Positions 45,613 to 56,879 are shown, counted from the first letter of the stretch. The stretch is DNA of 64,000 nt from Bryobacterales bacterium (GCA_963422375.2 OY729428.2:256001-320000), one strand, 5' to 3'. The notes: a model not told the origin generated them from the letters alone. Numbers and translations: made by a program.

Positions 45613-47125
45613 GGGAATTATATATCTGAGTGCCAACAACGCTATGTCCGACGAGAACTGCTCTGAGCAGGGAGGTCGGCGTCTGGCTCGGGTCATTCGA
45701 ATACGGCCGCGGTAGGCACGGAAAGGTGGGATCGTATCTGAATCGAACCTGCCAGCGGAATGGACGAGGTACGGATAAGAGAGGCCCCCTCGCATGCCGG
45801 GTGGAATCCGGTTGGCGGTGGAGGCCACCCCTTGCAAGCCGATTGCGTGCCCTGCGAGGGCCGAAGAAGCGGATCCCCGGCGCTCGACGGCCTGCATGGA
45901 CGGTCCGGGCCGGACTCGGGTCGCGCCGGGGGATTCCAGATCCGGCGCGCCCTCGCACCGAGCGTGAAGCGCATCGAGCGTGAAGAGTGCGTCGGCAGCG
46001 GGCTGCGGCGCTCGGCGCGGAGGGCGCCGCTCAGGCCGCGACCGCGGCCTTGCCGGTCAGCTGCCGGTAGGTCAGCGTCCGGCCGACCAGGCCTCGCGCC
46101 ATGCGCCGCATCCGTTCCGCCGTGTCGCAGTCGCGGTCGTTGCGCCGTCCCGCGAACTCCGTCAGGTAGCGGCCGAGATGACGGACGCTCATCCGGTGAT
46201 AGGTGCCGTACAGGCCGCGCTTGAACAGGGACCAAAACGACTCGATGCCGTTCGTATGCGCTGCCCCGCGCACGTACTCGCCGCCGGAGTGCTTGACGGC
46301 TTCGTGCGGGAACTCCTCCATGCCGGCGTAGACCGCCGCCTCGTCGGAGCGGACCTGCGCGCCCGGCACGACGCGGGCGCGCACGAAGCCCTGCAGGTCG
46401 CCCTTGGCGGTGCCCGGCAGCGGCCGCGCGGCCACTGCGTTCGTGGCGCGGTCCCGCGCCCCCGCCACCGGGGTCTTGCCGACGGGCCCGCGCCCGGCGC
46501 GGGCCTTCTTGCTCTCGTGCTGGTTGCGCTCCTTGCCGCCGACGTAAGTCTCGTCCACCTCCACCGGGCCGGCGAACAGGCCCTGATGCCGCTCCCAGCA
46601 CGCGCGGATGCGGTGCGCCAGGTGCCAGGCCGACTTCCGGCTGATGCCCAGGTCGCGGTGCAGCTTCATGCTCGAGACGCCCTTGATGCCGGTAGTCAGC
46701 AGGAACAGGGCGACAGCCCAGGTGCGGTAGCCGAGCTTGGTGTCGGCCATCACGCTGCCGGTGCGCACGGAAAAGCGCCTGCCGCAGCCGCGGCAACGGT
46801 ACGGCATCGAAGGGTGGGCCGTGCCGGACTGCACACTGGAGCCACGGCAGTGGGGGCATACCGGACCGTCGGGCCAGCGCATGGAGGCGAACCACTTTTC
46901 CGCGGATTCGTCATCGGGGAACATGGCGATCACCTCAATCAGAGTGATGCCTTTACGAAACCACTTCCCGGGACCTTCCTGCTTCATAGACGACCTCATA
47001 TATTGGAACTATTCTATCAAAATATTCCACCGACTTTCAACAGATCTCCGGAAGAAATATGAAATTAATTTATGGACTGATAATTTGCAAAATCGGTTGC
47101 CTCGGCACTCAGATATATAATTCCC
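45613..47125 (-). mobile_element. IS1595-family element with 8-bp TSD
   Basis: Perfect 22-bp TIR GGGAATTATATATCTGAGTGCC at 45613 and its reverse complement ending at 47125; TSD ATTTTATT at 45605-45612 and 47126-47133. Confidence 0.95.
46031..46987 (-). CDS. IS1595-family transposase (apparently intact)
   Basis: Zn ribbon CPHC..CRGC, VEVDETYVGG, SDE, HTNGIESFWS and YLTEF..R.N. Confidence 0.93.
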   Translation of the reverse strand: MKQEGPGKWFRKGITLIEVIAMFPDDESAEKWFASMRWPDGPVCPHCRGSSVQSGTAHPSMPYRCRGCGRRFSVRTGSVMADTKLGYRTWAVALFLLTTGIKGVSSMKLHRDLGISRKSAWHLAHRIRACWERHQGLFAGPVEVDETYVGGKERNQHESKKARAGRGPVGKTPVAGARDRATNAVAARPLPGTAKGDLQGFVRARVVPGAQVRSDEAAVYAGMEEFPHEAVKHSGGEYVRGAAHTNGIESFWSLFKRGLYGTYHRMSVRHLGRYLTEFAGRRNDRDCDTAERMRRMARGLVGRTLTYRQLTGKAAVAA

Positions 47126-47132
47126 ATTTTAT

Positions 47133-48203
47133 TCACAATAGCCTCCAGCAACGTGATCGAGCGGTCTCGATATATTCGGGACAAATATCGATTCCTACGG
47201 AGCATCTCTGCAGATTGAATGCCGCCAGCATGGTAGTGCCAGTCCCGCAAAACGGATCGAGAACTACTCCAGTTGGAGGACAAGTAGAACAAAGCGGGAT
47301 TTTGCAAAGATCTTCGGGGTATGGAGCGAAGTGACCTATCCTATTCTGAGTGTCTTCTAGTAGAATATCCCACACATCCTTGGGCTTACTACCTTCCGGA
47401 TGGTACCGCAGGAAGTAGAATCCTTTTTCTCGGATTTCCTTGGCTCGTCCAGAAACTGCGTCACTATTGGAATGAGTGACTCGCTGCTGTCCCCGAATGA
47501 TCATCCTGAAGTCAGCAACCACTCCCAGCCTGACATCGGCAAGCATCTTGTGAAGACTCTCACGTGCAGACTTCTTTTCATCTGCAGTGAGTTCCGTCGA
47601 CAATTCTATCTGGCGATGATATCGAATACCCGATACGTCCGTAGCAGATACAACTGCCCCATTTTTCACGAAACTCTTTTTTGGTGTATTTCGAATTGAG
47701 TCGACATCATAGTAATAGTTCCGAGACTTCACGAAGTGAAATAGATTTTCATGAATGTTCCTCAGCTTGTCTTTTGAATTATCCGGTCCGCCCTTTACTT
47801 TGTTCCAAATGACGCTATTTCGCAGGATCCAGTCTTGTTTATCAATTAGATTAAGGGCAATCCTCCAAGGGATTCCTACCAAGCCTTTCCGATAGTATGT
47901 ATCTCCTATATTGAGCCAAAACGAGCCCGTGGGTTTTAGTACTCTCTTCACTTCAAGAAACACTTGGTCAAGAGCATCCAAGTAATCGGTAACGTGGTCT
48001 TCTAGACCAATGCCTGCTCGTGCGTATTTGCGCTGCTTCCAATACGGGGGACTTGTCATGCAACAGTCAAATGAACTGTCGGGGTATGTCGGCAAGACAT
48101 CCAATGCATCCCCTACATGGAATGTCGGGTGGTACGACTCTATTGGAGCATTTCTCGATGAATCACCTGAGCTCGTGATGCTGGGACTTGGCAGGTTACT
48201 CAT
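47133..48203 (-). CDS. Beta-class DNA methyltransferase (N4-cytosine type)
   Basis: TSPPY (motif IV) precedes HFAPYP and DPFCGTGT (motif I); AT-rich; TGA overlaps the GTG of the endonuclease. Confidence 0.92.
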   Translation of the reverse strand: MSNLPSPSITSSGDSSRNAPIESYHPTFHVGDALDVLPTYPDSSFDCCMTSPPYWKQRKYARAGIGLEDHVTDYLDALDQVFLEVKRVLKPTGSFWLNIGDTYYRKGLVGIPWRIALNLIDKQDWILRNSVIWNKVKGGPDNSKDKLRNIHENLFHFVKSRNYYYDVDSIRNTPKKSFVKNGAVVSATDVSGIRYHRQIELSTELTADEKKSARESLHKMLADVRLGVVADFRMIIRGQQRVTHSNSDAVSGRAKEIREKGFYFLRYHPEGSKPKDVWDILLEDTQNRIGHFAPYPEDLCKIPLCSTCPPTGVVLDPFCGTGTTMLAAFNLQRCSVGIDICPEYIETARSRCWRLL

Positions 48204-48537
48204 TGTTTGGCTCGTCTGCGCCGCTGTAGTCGAGGAATTTCACATTCGGAGATGATCAAGCATTGCGGATTCGCGTCTCCTGCGAGGGACGCACACACAT
48301 TGCACCACAGAGCGGTGCGGACGCATCGACCGCACCATTCTCGCTGCCGCCGAATTGCCCCTGCGTATACAACGAAACGTCTTGAATGCACAAGACCTCG
48401 CGCCACCCAATTCACTGAGCGACCCTGGGGACAGCTGCGACGGCGCGTGTCAGACCGGGGCCTCTGGTGTAGGCTGAGAATCGTCCGCCAGCCCCAGTGG
48501 CCGACTTACGGTCGCTTGTTGACGCGACACCCGCACA

Positions 48538-51039
48538 ATGTCCCGGGTCCGTCTCGCGAAGGCCACTATCGCCTTGGGCGACATGACCTGCGGGCACTGC
48601 ACGGCGACAGTCGAGAAGGCGCTGCTGTCCTTGGACGGTGTGAGCATGGCGTCCGCGGACCTGCCCACCCAGTCCGCCGACGTGGAGTATGATCCGTCGG
48701 CGGTCGCCTTGCCGGCCATGGAGGCCGCTGTGGCCGCTGTGGGCTACGCCGCGCGACCGACACCGCAGCTGGTTTCGATCACGTCAGCTGCCCAGGCGGT
48801 GAGGGACACCGCTGCGACGCCTCCGGCGGAGCCGCGGACGGTCGAGTACAGTCTCGCGGTCACCGGCATGACTTGCGCGAGCTGCGTGCGCTCCGTGGAG
48901 CGGGCAGCCTTGGAGGTTCCCGGAGTGACTTCCTGCGAGGTGAGCCTCGCGGAATCGACCGCTCGAGTGCGTCTCGATGAGCAAAGTGGCACCATTGGCG
49001 ATGTCATCGGCGCGATTCGAGGGTCGGGCTACGGGGCGTCGGTCGCCACGGCCACGCGAGCGGCACCCACTCCCGACGGAGATTCCACCGCGCTCTCCCG
49101 CAGGCTCTTGGTGTCAGCGGCGCTGACACTGCCTTTGCTGGTCCTCGCGATGTCTCACGGGGCCATCAGTTTCTCCGGGGCGAACTGGCTGCAGCTGGCG
49201 TTGGCCGCGCCCGTCGTCGCGTTTGGCGGTGCGCCGTTCTATGCAGCGGCGTGGAACGCCGCGCGCCACGGCCGCAGCGACATGAACACCCTGATCGCCG
49301 TAGGGACCGGAGCCGCCTTCGCCTACAGCGTCGCGGCCACGGTCGCGCCCGGCTGGTTGTCGAGCCAAAGGGCTGCAGGCGTCTACTTCGAGACGGCGGC
49401 TGCCATCATCACGCTCGTGCTCCTCGGGCGGCTGCTGGAAGCGAAGGCGCGGCACCGAACTTCCCACTCGATTCGAAAGCTGCTCGATCTGCAAGCGCGC
49501 AGCGTCCGCGTTCGGCGTGACCGCCGCGAAGTGGAGATTCCTCTGGAAGACGTCAAGGAAGGCGATCTTGTTCTGGTCCGTCCTGGCGAGCGGATTCCGG
49601 TCGACGGCGAGGTCGTCGAGGGTTCCGGCGCGGTGGACGAAGCGCCGATGACCGGCGAGAGCGTGCCAGTCGATAAAGCGCCCGGATCGCCCGTCGTCAG
49701 CGGAGCGCTCAACAGGGACGGCTTCCTCGTATTCCGGGCCGAGAGCGTCGGGGCCCGGACGGCGCTCTCGCGCGTCATCGAATTCGTGAGGCGCGCCCAG
49801 GCGTCGAAGGCCCCCGCCGCCCGCATCGCGGACCGTATCGCCGCGGTCTTCGTCCCTGTCATTCTGGGTGTCGCAGCGGCGACGTTCGCAGCGTGGATGG
49901 CATACAGCCCGCCGGAGGACCGCTTGCGCATGGCACTGAATAGCGCCGTTAGCGTTCTGATCATCGCCTGTCCATGCGCCCTCGGCCTAGCGACGCCCGC
50001 AGCGCTAGCGGTGGGCCTTGGCCGAGCGGCCGAGGCCGGGATCCTCGTTCGCGACAGCGGGCCACTGGAAGCCGCAAGGAGCGTCGACACGGTGGTATTC
50101 GATAAGACCGGCACGCTCACGCTCGGGCAGTTCTCGGTCACGGACGTGGAGGCCTACGGCGGCTTGACGCCTGCGACAATGCTCCGGGCTGCGAGCGAAG
50201 TCGAGCGGCACGGCGAGCATCCGATCGCCAAGGCCATCGCCGCGGCCTCGCCCGCTTCGACGGGGAACGTAACTGAATTCCGCGCACTGCCCGGAGCGGG
50301 CGCGAGCGCGCTACTCGACGGCGTGACTTGGCTCGTCGGCAAGCCAGCACTGCTCGCCGAGCGGGACACGGACGTCTCGGAGGCGCGGGAGACTCTCGAC
50401 CGCCTTTCAGGGGAAGGCAAGACCGTTGTCGCCGTCGCGCGCGACGGGACTCTTGCCGGCGTGGTCGCCTTGCGGGACGCGATTCGTCCGGGAGTGCCTG
50501 AAGCGACCGCCGACCTCCGGCGAATGGGCATCAAGACCGTGCTGCTCAGCGGGGACAGCGCGTCAGCGGCCCGAGCGGCTGCCGATGAAGCGGGAATCCA
50601 AGAGGTTCTCGCACCCGTGCTCCCGCTCGAGAAGGCTGCGGCTGTCCGTCGCATCCAAGGCGAGGGTAGGACCGTGGCGATGGTCGGCGACGGGATCAAT
50701 GACGCTCCCGCCCTCGCGCAGGCCGACTTGGGCGTCGCCATCGGCGCGGGCACCGACATCGCGATCGAGTCGGCGGGCATCGTACTGGTGAAGAGCGACC
50801 CCGCAGATGTCGGGCGCGCCATCGAACTCGCGAGGCGCATCCATCGCACGATCATCCAGAACTACTGCTGGGCGTTCGGTTACAACATCTTGGGCGTCCC
50901 GATCGCCGCGGGCGTGCTCTACCCGTGGACGGGATTGCTCCTGTCGCCTGTCCTGGCCTCGGTCGCGATGGCGCTGTCCAGCCTGTCCGTCCTCACGAAT
51001 AGCCTCCGGCTCAATCGAGTGTTTCGGCGCAGCGCCTAG
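48538..51039 (+). CDS. copA: Cu(I)-translocating P1B-type ATPase
   Basis: Two HMA domains (MTCGHC, MTCASC), TGES, CPCALGLA, DKTGT, EHP, GDGIND and YN...MALSS. Confidence 0.95.
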   Translation: MSRVRLAKATIALGDMTCGHCTATVEKALLSLDGVSMASADLPTQSADVEYDPSAVALPAMEAAVAAVGYAARPTPQLVSITSAAQAVRDTAATPPAEPRTVEYSLAVTGMTCASCVRSVERAALEVPGVTSCEVSLAESTARVRLDEQSGTIGDVIGAIRGSGYGASVATATRAAPTPDGDSTALSRRLLVSAALTLPLLVLAMSHGAISFSGANWLQLALAAPVVAFGGAPFYAAAWNAARHGRSDMNTLIAVGTGAAFAYSVAATVAPGWLSSQRAAGVYFETAAAIITLVLLGRLLEAKARHRTSHSIRKLLDLQARSVRVRRDRREVEIPLEDVKEGDLVLVRPGERIPVDGEVVEGSGAVDEAPMTGESVPVDKAPGSPVVSGALNRDGFLVFRAESVGARTALSRVIEFVRRAQASKAPAARIADRIAAVFVPVILGVAAATFAAWMAYSPPEDRLRMALNSAVSVLIIACPCALGLATPAALAVGLGRAAEAGILVRDSGPLEAARSVDTVVFDKTGTLTLGQFSVTDVEAYGGLTPATMLRAASEVERHGEHPIAKAIAAASPASTGNVTEFRALPGAGASALLDGVTWLVGKPALLAERDTDVSEARETLDRLSGEGKTVVAVARDGTLAGVVALRDAIRPGVPEATADLRRMGIKTVLLSGDSASAARAAADEAGIQEVLAPVLPLEKAAAVRRIQGEGRTVAMVGDGINDAPALAQADLGVAIGAGTDIAIESAGIVLVKSDPADVGRAIELARRIHRTIIQNYCWAFGYNILGVPIAAGVLYPWTGLLLSPVLASVAMALSSLSVLTNSLRLNRVFRRSA

Positions 51040-52027
51040 GGCACCGGCCGTCGCCTTGCCAGCCGAGTATGGCCATTCTGCGAGGTCCCGCGCTTCCGTT
51101 ATTCGACCAACTGAGGGTACCCGTCGGCCCCGGATCCGCAGAGGTCGCTTCCACCGCCGGCGAGGCTGCCCGGCTTCCCCGCTGGCTGCGGGCTCTCCGC
51201 TTCCGCTCCATCGCCTGCGGCTACGGTGCCGACGCGACGGTCGACGCGTCTGCCCCGCCATGCGCCGCCTGCCTCCCGCCGGCGCCAATGACTGGAACGC
51301 CCCGTGCGCCGTGCGTGATCCCGCCCCTATCGGCCAACTCGAGCCGGCGCATCCGCAGTCCCGGCTCCCGGACTCCAGCGCGACGGCCACTTCCGCCTAC
51401 TGCAGAGTCCACCGCCAACCGCTGCAGCGACTCCGCTCCGCATTCTCTGACGCATCGAATTCCCTCGCTCGCACCTCTTGCCCGGCCGTAGCGGCACTCG
51501 GCGGATGAAGCCGAGTCGACGGACCCATCCAACGCAGGACCATTCCGGGAACCGGGCTTTGCGATGTTCCGAAAATCAACATCTCCATGTCTCCGCAATC
51601 CGAAGCGGCTCTCGGTCCGTGCGGTCGATGTCTCTCCGGAATCACCGCGGGAGGGATCACTGAAAATGCGGAGCGAGTCTCCCACCTCGACGCTTGGAGC
51701 AGTCTGATCTCGCAAGTCGCCCTCCGTCGCACAGCTGCAGGTCCACGCTAGGAAGGCCGAATCATTCTAGACAATATATGATTTCCAGTGGAAGGCTCGC
51801 TTCCCTGCCGTCCAGCCGATCTACTCGACAAGAGCCGGCGCGCGCCGGTCTTGCGAGAGTGGGCATCCTTCATGCCCACCCGTGTTGCCCTGCGACCACC
51901 CAGGTGGTATAGTCTGTGCAGACCGATATTCTAGGGTGGCTCGCCATCGGCGCGGGAATGACAGCACCTGAACGCTGGGTCGAGCTGGAGAGCGGGCTCG
52001 CCTGGCAGATTCGGTGGGAGGACACCG

Positions 52028-55000
52028 ATGCCTGTGGCATTTCGCATTACTATCTTGGGCGCTATTTGCGCCGCTATGGCATTCGGCCAAGTCGATGCGG
52101 GGACGGTCACCGGTACCGTCCGGGACTCTACCGGAGCGGTGATCGCCGGCGCGACCGTCGTCATCGAGAGCGTCGGGACGGGTTTGAGGATCGAGTCCGG
52201 CACCGGCGCCCAGGGTATCTACGTGTCGCCGCCACTGCGCCCGGGGGAGTTCACCGTTGAGGTGCGATCCGAGGGCTTCGAGCCGGCGGCCAAGCGTTTC
52301 CGGCTCGAAGTCAACCAACGAGCAGTCGTCGACTTCGACCTCAGGCTTGGAGCTGTGACCGAGGTCATAGAAGTCCTCGACGTCGCCCCCTTGCTGCAAA
52401 CCGAGTCCGCAACACTCTCAAACCTGAGAACCGAAAAAGCAATCAAGGACCTCCCGTTGAACGGCCGCAACTGGGCTCAGCTCATTTTGCTCAGCACCGG
52501 AACACAGCCGGCAGACACGCAATCCCAAGGCAGCCCGATCACGCGCAAGCGCGGCGTCTCGAACGCATCGGTCAACGGCAGCAGGTCCAACGACAACAAC
52601 TACCTGATCGAGGGAATCAGCAACTCGGAGAATCACAACGGACTCGGCATCCTGATCTTTCCGTCGATCGACGCGATTCAGGAGTTTCGCAGCGAGACCT
52701 CGGGAGCGGACGCGCAATTCGGCCGCGGCGGCGGCGCTACGGTGAATCTGACATTCAAGTCCGGGACTCGAGAGTTTCACGGCGGAATGTACGATTTCTT
52801 GCGGAACGCGAAACTGGATGCCAAGAACTACTTTGACCGGGCCGACGAATCGATACCGCCCTTCAAGCAGAATCAGTACGGCGCATTTCTCGGCGGCCCT
52901 CTATTTCCCTCGGCGACGGATCACCAGACGTTCTTCTTCACCAACTTTGAAGGCCAGCGCGTGCGTCAGGCGCAAACTCTGATTAGCAGCGTGCCCACTT
53001 CGGATTTCCGAGTAGGTCAGTTCTCGCAATCCCCGTTCAGTGTTTTCGATCCCACGACGCAACGATCACTTGAGAATGGCAGCTACGAACGTGATCCATT
53101 CCCGAACGACGCCGTTCCCGCTGCAATGCAGGATCCGATCGGGAAGAATATTCTGGGGCTCTACCCCCTGCCTAATCGGAATGCAGAAACTTCGGACAAC
53201 TACCTCTCGAACCCGGTCCGCAGCATCGATGGCGAGCGCTTCGACCTCAAGATCGACCACGTCCTCTCCGACAGCAACAACATGTTCGCTCGCTACAGCT
53301 ACAGCGACGATGACTTGATTGAACCGAGCTTCCTGCCAGCGCCCGCGGTGGGCAGCGGGCCTGGCGTGCCGGGTCCGGCGGACCAGCCCGTCAACCAAGT
53401 TGTCCTTAGTGATACACATTTGGTGTCACCGACCAAGATCAATGAATTCCGTGTTGGCTGGAGTCGCCTGAACCTTCGATCATTCAATCCGAACTACGGC
53501 AAGAACGTGAGCGACGAGATCGGCATCCCGGGGTCTAATGTCGCCGGTGACGACCTAACTTCGGGTCTTGCGATCATCAACATCGCCGGCTTCCGCAGCA
53601 TGGGCGGAAACGGTTTCTCTCCAGCAATTATTGTCAGCGACAACTACCAGATCAGTGACACTTTCAGCATCATCAGCGGGCGCCACAGTATCAAGTTCGG
53701 CGGCGAGGTGCGGCGATTGCGTTACAACGCCATGCAATCGAACGCACTACGCGGAACGATCAATTTCGGCAACGGCTTCACCATCAACCCCGCTTCGCCA
53801 AAGGGGACTGGGCTCGGCCCGGCGGACGTGCTGCTGGGCAAGCCCTCTAGCGGGTTCATTCGCTTCGTGACGGGCACAAGAGGATACCGGCGAACCGAGG
53901 TCGCCTTTCACCTGCAAGATACCTACAAGGCAAGCGACCGGCTTACCTTCAACCTAGGCATGCGATACGACAATTTCCTTGGATGGCCATGGACCGAAGT
54001 AAACAATCGCCAGCACAACTTCTTGCGATCAGAAGGGACAGTGGTCCAAGTCGGCGCGGGCGCAGCGCGTTGGCGGTCTGGGCATCCCGGCGATCATAAT
54101 AACTTCTCACCCCGCCTCGGAGTCGCATACAAGATTGCCTCCAAGACGGTCTTTCGCACCGGGTACGGCCTCTACTATTCGACCGGACAATTGGACACCA
54201 CACGCAATCTCGGCGCGAACCCTCCCGAAGTCATCAGTTCGAACTTCAACAACAACCAGTTCGACTTTTGGGGAGCACGGCCGGCATCGATGGGCTTCGA
54301 CCGGCCGGCTCTAGGCGTGATCGCGGGAACCTTGCGCTCCATCGACTTGGATACGGTCATTCCATACACGCAGCAATGGAACGCGACGATTCAGCATCAG
54401 GTCGGCGAGATGTCGTTCACAATCGCGTACGTCGGGAGCAAGGGCACGAAACTTCAAGGGCAGACGGATATCAATCAACCGGTCCCGGGGACCGGCCCGG
54501 TTGCACCGCGCAGGGATTTTCCGGCGTTTGGCGCCATTCGGCAGATCCAGAGCCGCTACGCCTCAAACTACCATAGCCTGCAGATCTCGGCAGAGCGCCG
54601 ATTCCGAAATGGACTCGGCTATCTGGTCAGCTACACCTGGGGGAAGGCAATCGGCAACGTGGACTCCCAGTTCGGCACGCCGACCGATATACGCAATATC
54701 AGGCGAGACCGAGGACCCACCGGCTTCAGCGCGCCTCGTCGCTTGGTCAGCAGCTTCATGTACGACCTGCCGTTCAAGGCTAGGGGAGGCCTCAACCACA
54801 TCGTAGGTGGCTGGCAGATCAATGGGATCCTATCCATGTATGACGGATTCCCGATGCGAGTGACCTCGCCGAACACACTCAATTGCTGCACATCCTACCC
54901 GGATCGAATTGCGGACGGACGATTGCCTAGGAGCCAGCAAACCCTTCAGAGATTCTTCGACGTCGATGCATTTGTCCGGCCCGGCCCACAAACGTTCGGA

Positions 55001-55264
55001 AACGCGGGACGCAACATTCTCTTCGGACCGGGAACCAAGAATCTCGACTTCTCAATCTTCAAGGAATTCTTCTTCGGCGAGAACCAGCAGCGGCGTTTGC
55101 AGTTCCGCTCGGAATTCTTCAATCTGACAAATACTCCGCAGTTCAACAATCCAACAACAAATATCGGCAGCGCGAATGTCGCGAGGATCCGGTCCGCGGC
55201 TTCGACGATCACGTTGCAGCGAATTCCCCGCCACATTCAATTCGGGCTGAAACTCTATTTCTAG
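52028..55264 (+). CDS. TonB-dependent receptor-like protein (Oar-like)
   Basis: 1078 aa; GTVRDSTGAVIAGATV, LPLNGRN and KSGTREFHG; C-terminal IQFGLKLYF; TGgTATAGT extended -10 at about 51905. Confidence 0.92.
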   Translation: MPVAFRITILGAICAAMAFGQVDAGTVTGTVRDSTGAVIAGATVVIESVGTGLRIESGTGAQGIYVSPPLRPGEFTVEVRSEGFEPAAKRFRLEVNQRAVVDFDLRLGAVTEVIEVLDVAPLLQTESATLSNLRTEKAIKDLPLNGRNWAQLILLSTGTQPADTQSQGSPITRKRGVSNASVNGSRSNDNNYLIEGISNSENHNGLGILIFPSIDAIQEFRSETSGADAQFGRGGGATVNLTFKSGTREFHGGMYDFLRNAKLDAKNYFDRADESIPPFKQNQYGAFLGGPLFPSATDHQTFFFTNFEGQRVRQAQTLISSVPTSDFRVGQFSQSPFSVFDPTTQRSLENGSYERDPFPNDAVPAAMQDPIGKNILGLYPLPNRNAETSDNYLSNPVRSIDGERFDLKIDHVLSDSNNMFARYSYSDDDLIEPSFLPAPAVGSGPGVPGPADQPVNQVVLSDTHLVSPTKINEFRVGWSRLNLRSFNPNYGKNVSDEIGIPGSNVAGDDLTSGLAIINIAGFRSMGGNGFSPAIIVSDNYQISDTFSIISGRHSIKFGGEVRRLRYNAMQSNALRGTINFGNGFTINPASPKGTGLGPADVLLGKPSSGFIRFVTGTRGYRRTEVAFHLQDTYKASDRLTFNLGMRYDNFLGWPWTEVNNRQHNFLRSEGTVVQVGAGAARWRSGHPGDHNNFSPRLGVAYKIASKTVFRTGYGLYYSTGQLDTTRNLGANPPEVISSNFNNNQFDFWGARPASMGFDRPALGVIAGTLRSIDLDTVIPYTQQWNATIQHQVGEMSFTIAYVGSKGTKLQGQTDINQPVPGTGPVAPRRDFPAFGAIRQIQSRYASNYHSLQISAERRFRNGLGYLVSYTWGKAIGNVDSQFGTPTDIRNIRRDRGPTGFSAPRRLVSSFMYDLPFKARGGLNHIVGGWQINGILSMYDGFPMRVTSPNTLNCCTSYPDRIADGRLPRSQQTLQRFFDVDAFVRPGPQTFGNAGRNILFGPGTKNLDFSIFKEFFFGENQQRRLQFRSEFFNLTNTPQFNNPTTNIGSANVARIRSAASTITLQRIPRHIQFGLKLYF

Positions 55265-55460
55265 CGAGGTTCTCGTTATGGGCTTCGAATCGGATCGACA
55301 TGCATGTAGACCGGTAGCTGACGAAGTCCCCTAGTCGGCCGACGGTCGGCCTTTCAGTGCGACCGCGTAGATGGTCGAGGATTAGTTCTGCCACACGGCC
55401 AGCGACCGGCAACAGGAGGGCAGGGATCCGTCAGCCAGCAAGCTGGCCAATGGCGGGCAC

Positions 55461-56879
55461 CTAGTCCCAGGAACGAAACTCGCGCTCAAGGATCGCTAGA
55501 ATCTCGGTCTGGCCGTATTGCCGTGCGATGCGTCTCGCCTCGGTGACGTGCAGCGCTGCAGCCGAGTTGTTCCCCAGCGCACGCTCGGCGCGAGCGAGGA
55601 CGACTAGGAATTGCGACGTTCTCTCGTCTTTAGTGCCGGTCATGCTGCGAAAGTGGTCCAATGCTTCGAGATTGCGATTCTCTCGATGCAGTGACATGCC
55701 GAGGCGAAAGTGTGCTAGGCGGTGGCCGGGATTCACCTGCAGAACAAGACGGAATTGCTTGCGCGCGGCTTCCACCTGCCCTTGGTGCTCGAGCGCATCG
55801 CCAAGATTCAAGCGGGCATCTGCCGAATATTGATTCACCGCAAGCGCCTTTCGATAGGCAGCTTCGGCCTCGCTGTGCTTGCCAATCCCGGAGAGGACGA
55901 CGCCATAGTTGTAGTGGGCCTCCTCGGTGTTGGGATTCATCTCGAGCGTTCGTCTGTAGGTTTCCTCGGCCGTCTCGTCGCGACCCATCCGGCCGTAAAC
56001 GCTGATTAGGTTCGCCCGGGCATGAATTCGGTCGGGCTCCGCAGCCACGGCGCGCAAGTATTCTCGCAGAGACGCTTCCAGCTGTCCGGCAGCTTCGAAT
56101 CTTAGACCTCGATTCAGGTGATGCAAATACGAGCCCTCTCGCAATTCCTCGACCTGCCCCGACAGGGCGTCGGTGAACGGAGGCCGACGATCCGGTGCCA
56201 TCTCCTCAGAGATGGCCTGAAACCTCTCAGATTCGCTCTCGCGGCCGACGATGCGGAGGGCTTGGGCCAATTGATAGTACAGCGGACGGTAATCGCCATC
56301 GAGACTGGCCGCAAGTTCAAGCGCAACCACGGCCTCCTCGTGACGATCCAACGCGGCCAACGCTCTTCCCCGTCCGAAATGGATGGCCATCGCATCGGGC
56401 TGATCCTCCGCGATTCGCTCGTACATCTCAAGAGCTTCCCTAGGCCGACCTCCTTCCAGCACGGTCGTGGCCAGGCGCAGCTGCACGAAGGGCGCCTCGG
56501 CTTCGAGTTGCGCGGCGACGCGCAAGGCATCCTCGGCCTCGGATTGCTTCCCGAGGTCAGCGGCGACAAGACCGCGCAAGTAGTGCCATCTGAAGTCGTT
56601 CCAGCTTTCCGCCGAAGCTCGCCGGTAAAGCTCCATGGCAGCCTCGCGAAGCTCGTATGCATGCAGGGCCATCGCCGCTCGCCCCAAGGCTTCTCCGTCG
56701 TTGGGGCGGGCTCGGGCGGACTCAAGGCGCTCTTCAAGCAGTGTCCGGGCCGCGTCTCCGTACGCGGCAACATCGACCCTAGGGAACGGCACCTCAGAAG
56801 CTGGCTGCCCTGCGCAGCCGCCAAGGGTCAAGAGCATGATCGGCACCGAGGTGAAAGCCGGAAAGCGACCGAATCTCAA
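55461..56879 (-). CDS. TPR lipoprotein (start uncertain)
   Basis: A TTG start at 56879 gives MRFGRF...MLLTLGG|C lipobox; many TPRs. Confidence 0.8.
   Translation of the reverse strand: MRFGRFPAFTSVPIMLLTLGGCAGQPASEVPFPRVDVAAYGDAARTLLEERLESARARPNDGEALGRAAMALHAYELREAAMELYRRASAESWNDFRWHYLRGLVAADLGKQSEAEDALRVAAQLEAEAPFVQLRLATTVLEGGRPREALEMYERIAEDQPDAMAIHFGRGRALAALDRHEEAVVALELAASLDGDYRPLYYQLAQALRIVGRESESERFQAISEEMAPDRRPPFTDALSGQVEELREGSYLHHLNRGLRFEAAGQLEASLREYLRAVAAEPDRIHARANLISVYGRMGRDETAEETYRRTLEMNPNTEEAHYNYGVVLSGIGKHSEAEAAYRKALAVNQYSADARLNLGDALEHQGQVEAARKQFRLVLQVNPGHRLAHFRLGMSLHRENRNLEALDHFRSMTGTKDERTSQFLVVLARAERALGNNSAAALHVTEARRIARQYGQTEILAILEREFRSWD

Noticed and set aside
44872..45897. 341-aa ORF as a real gene
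   Set aside because: Chimera of the IS1595 tail, the endonuclease fragment and IS66 antisense sequence.
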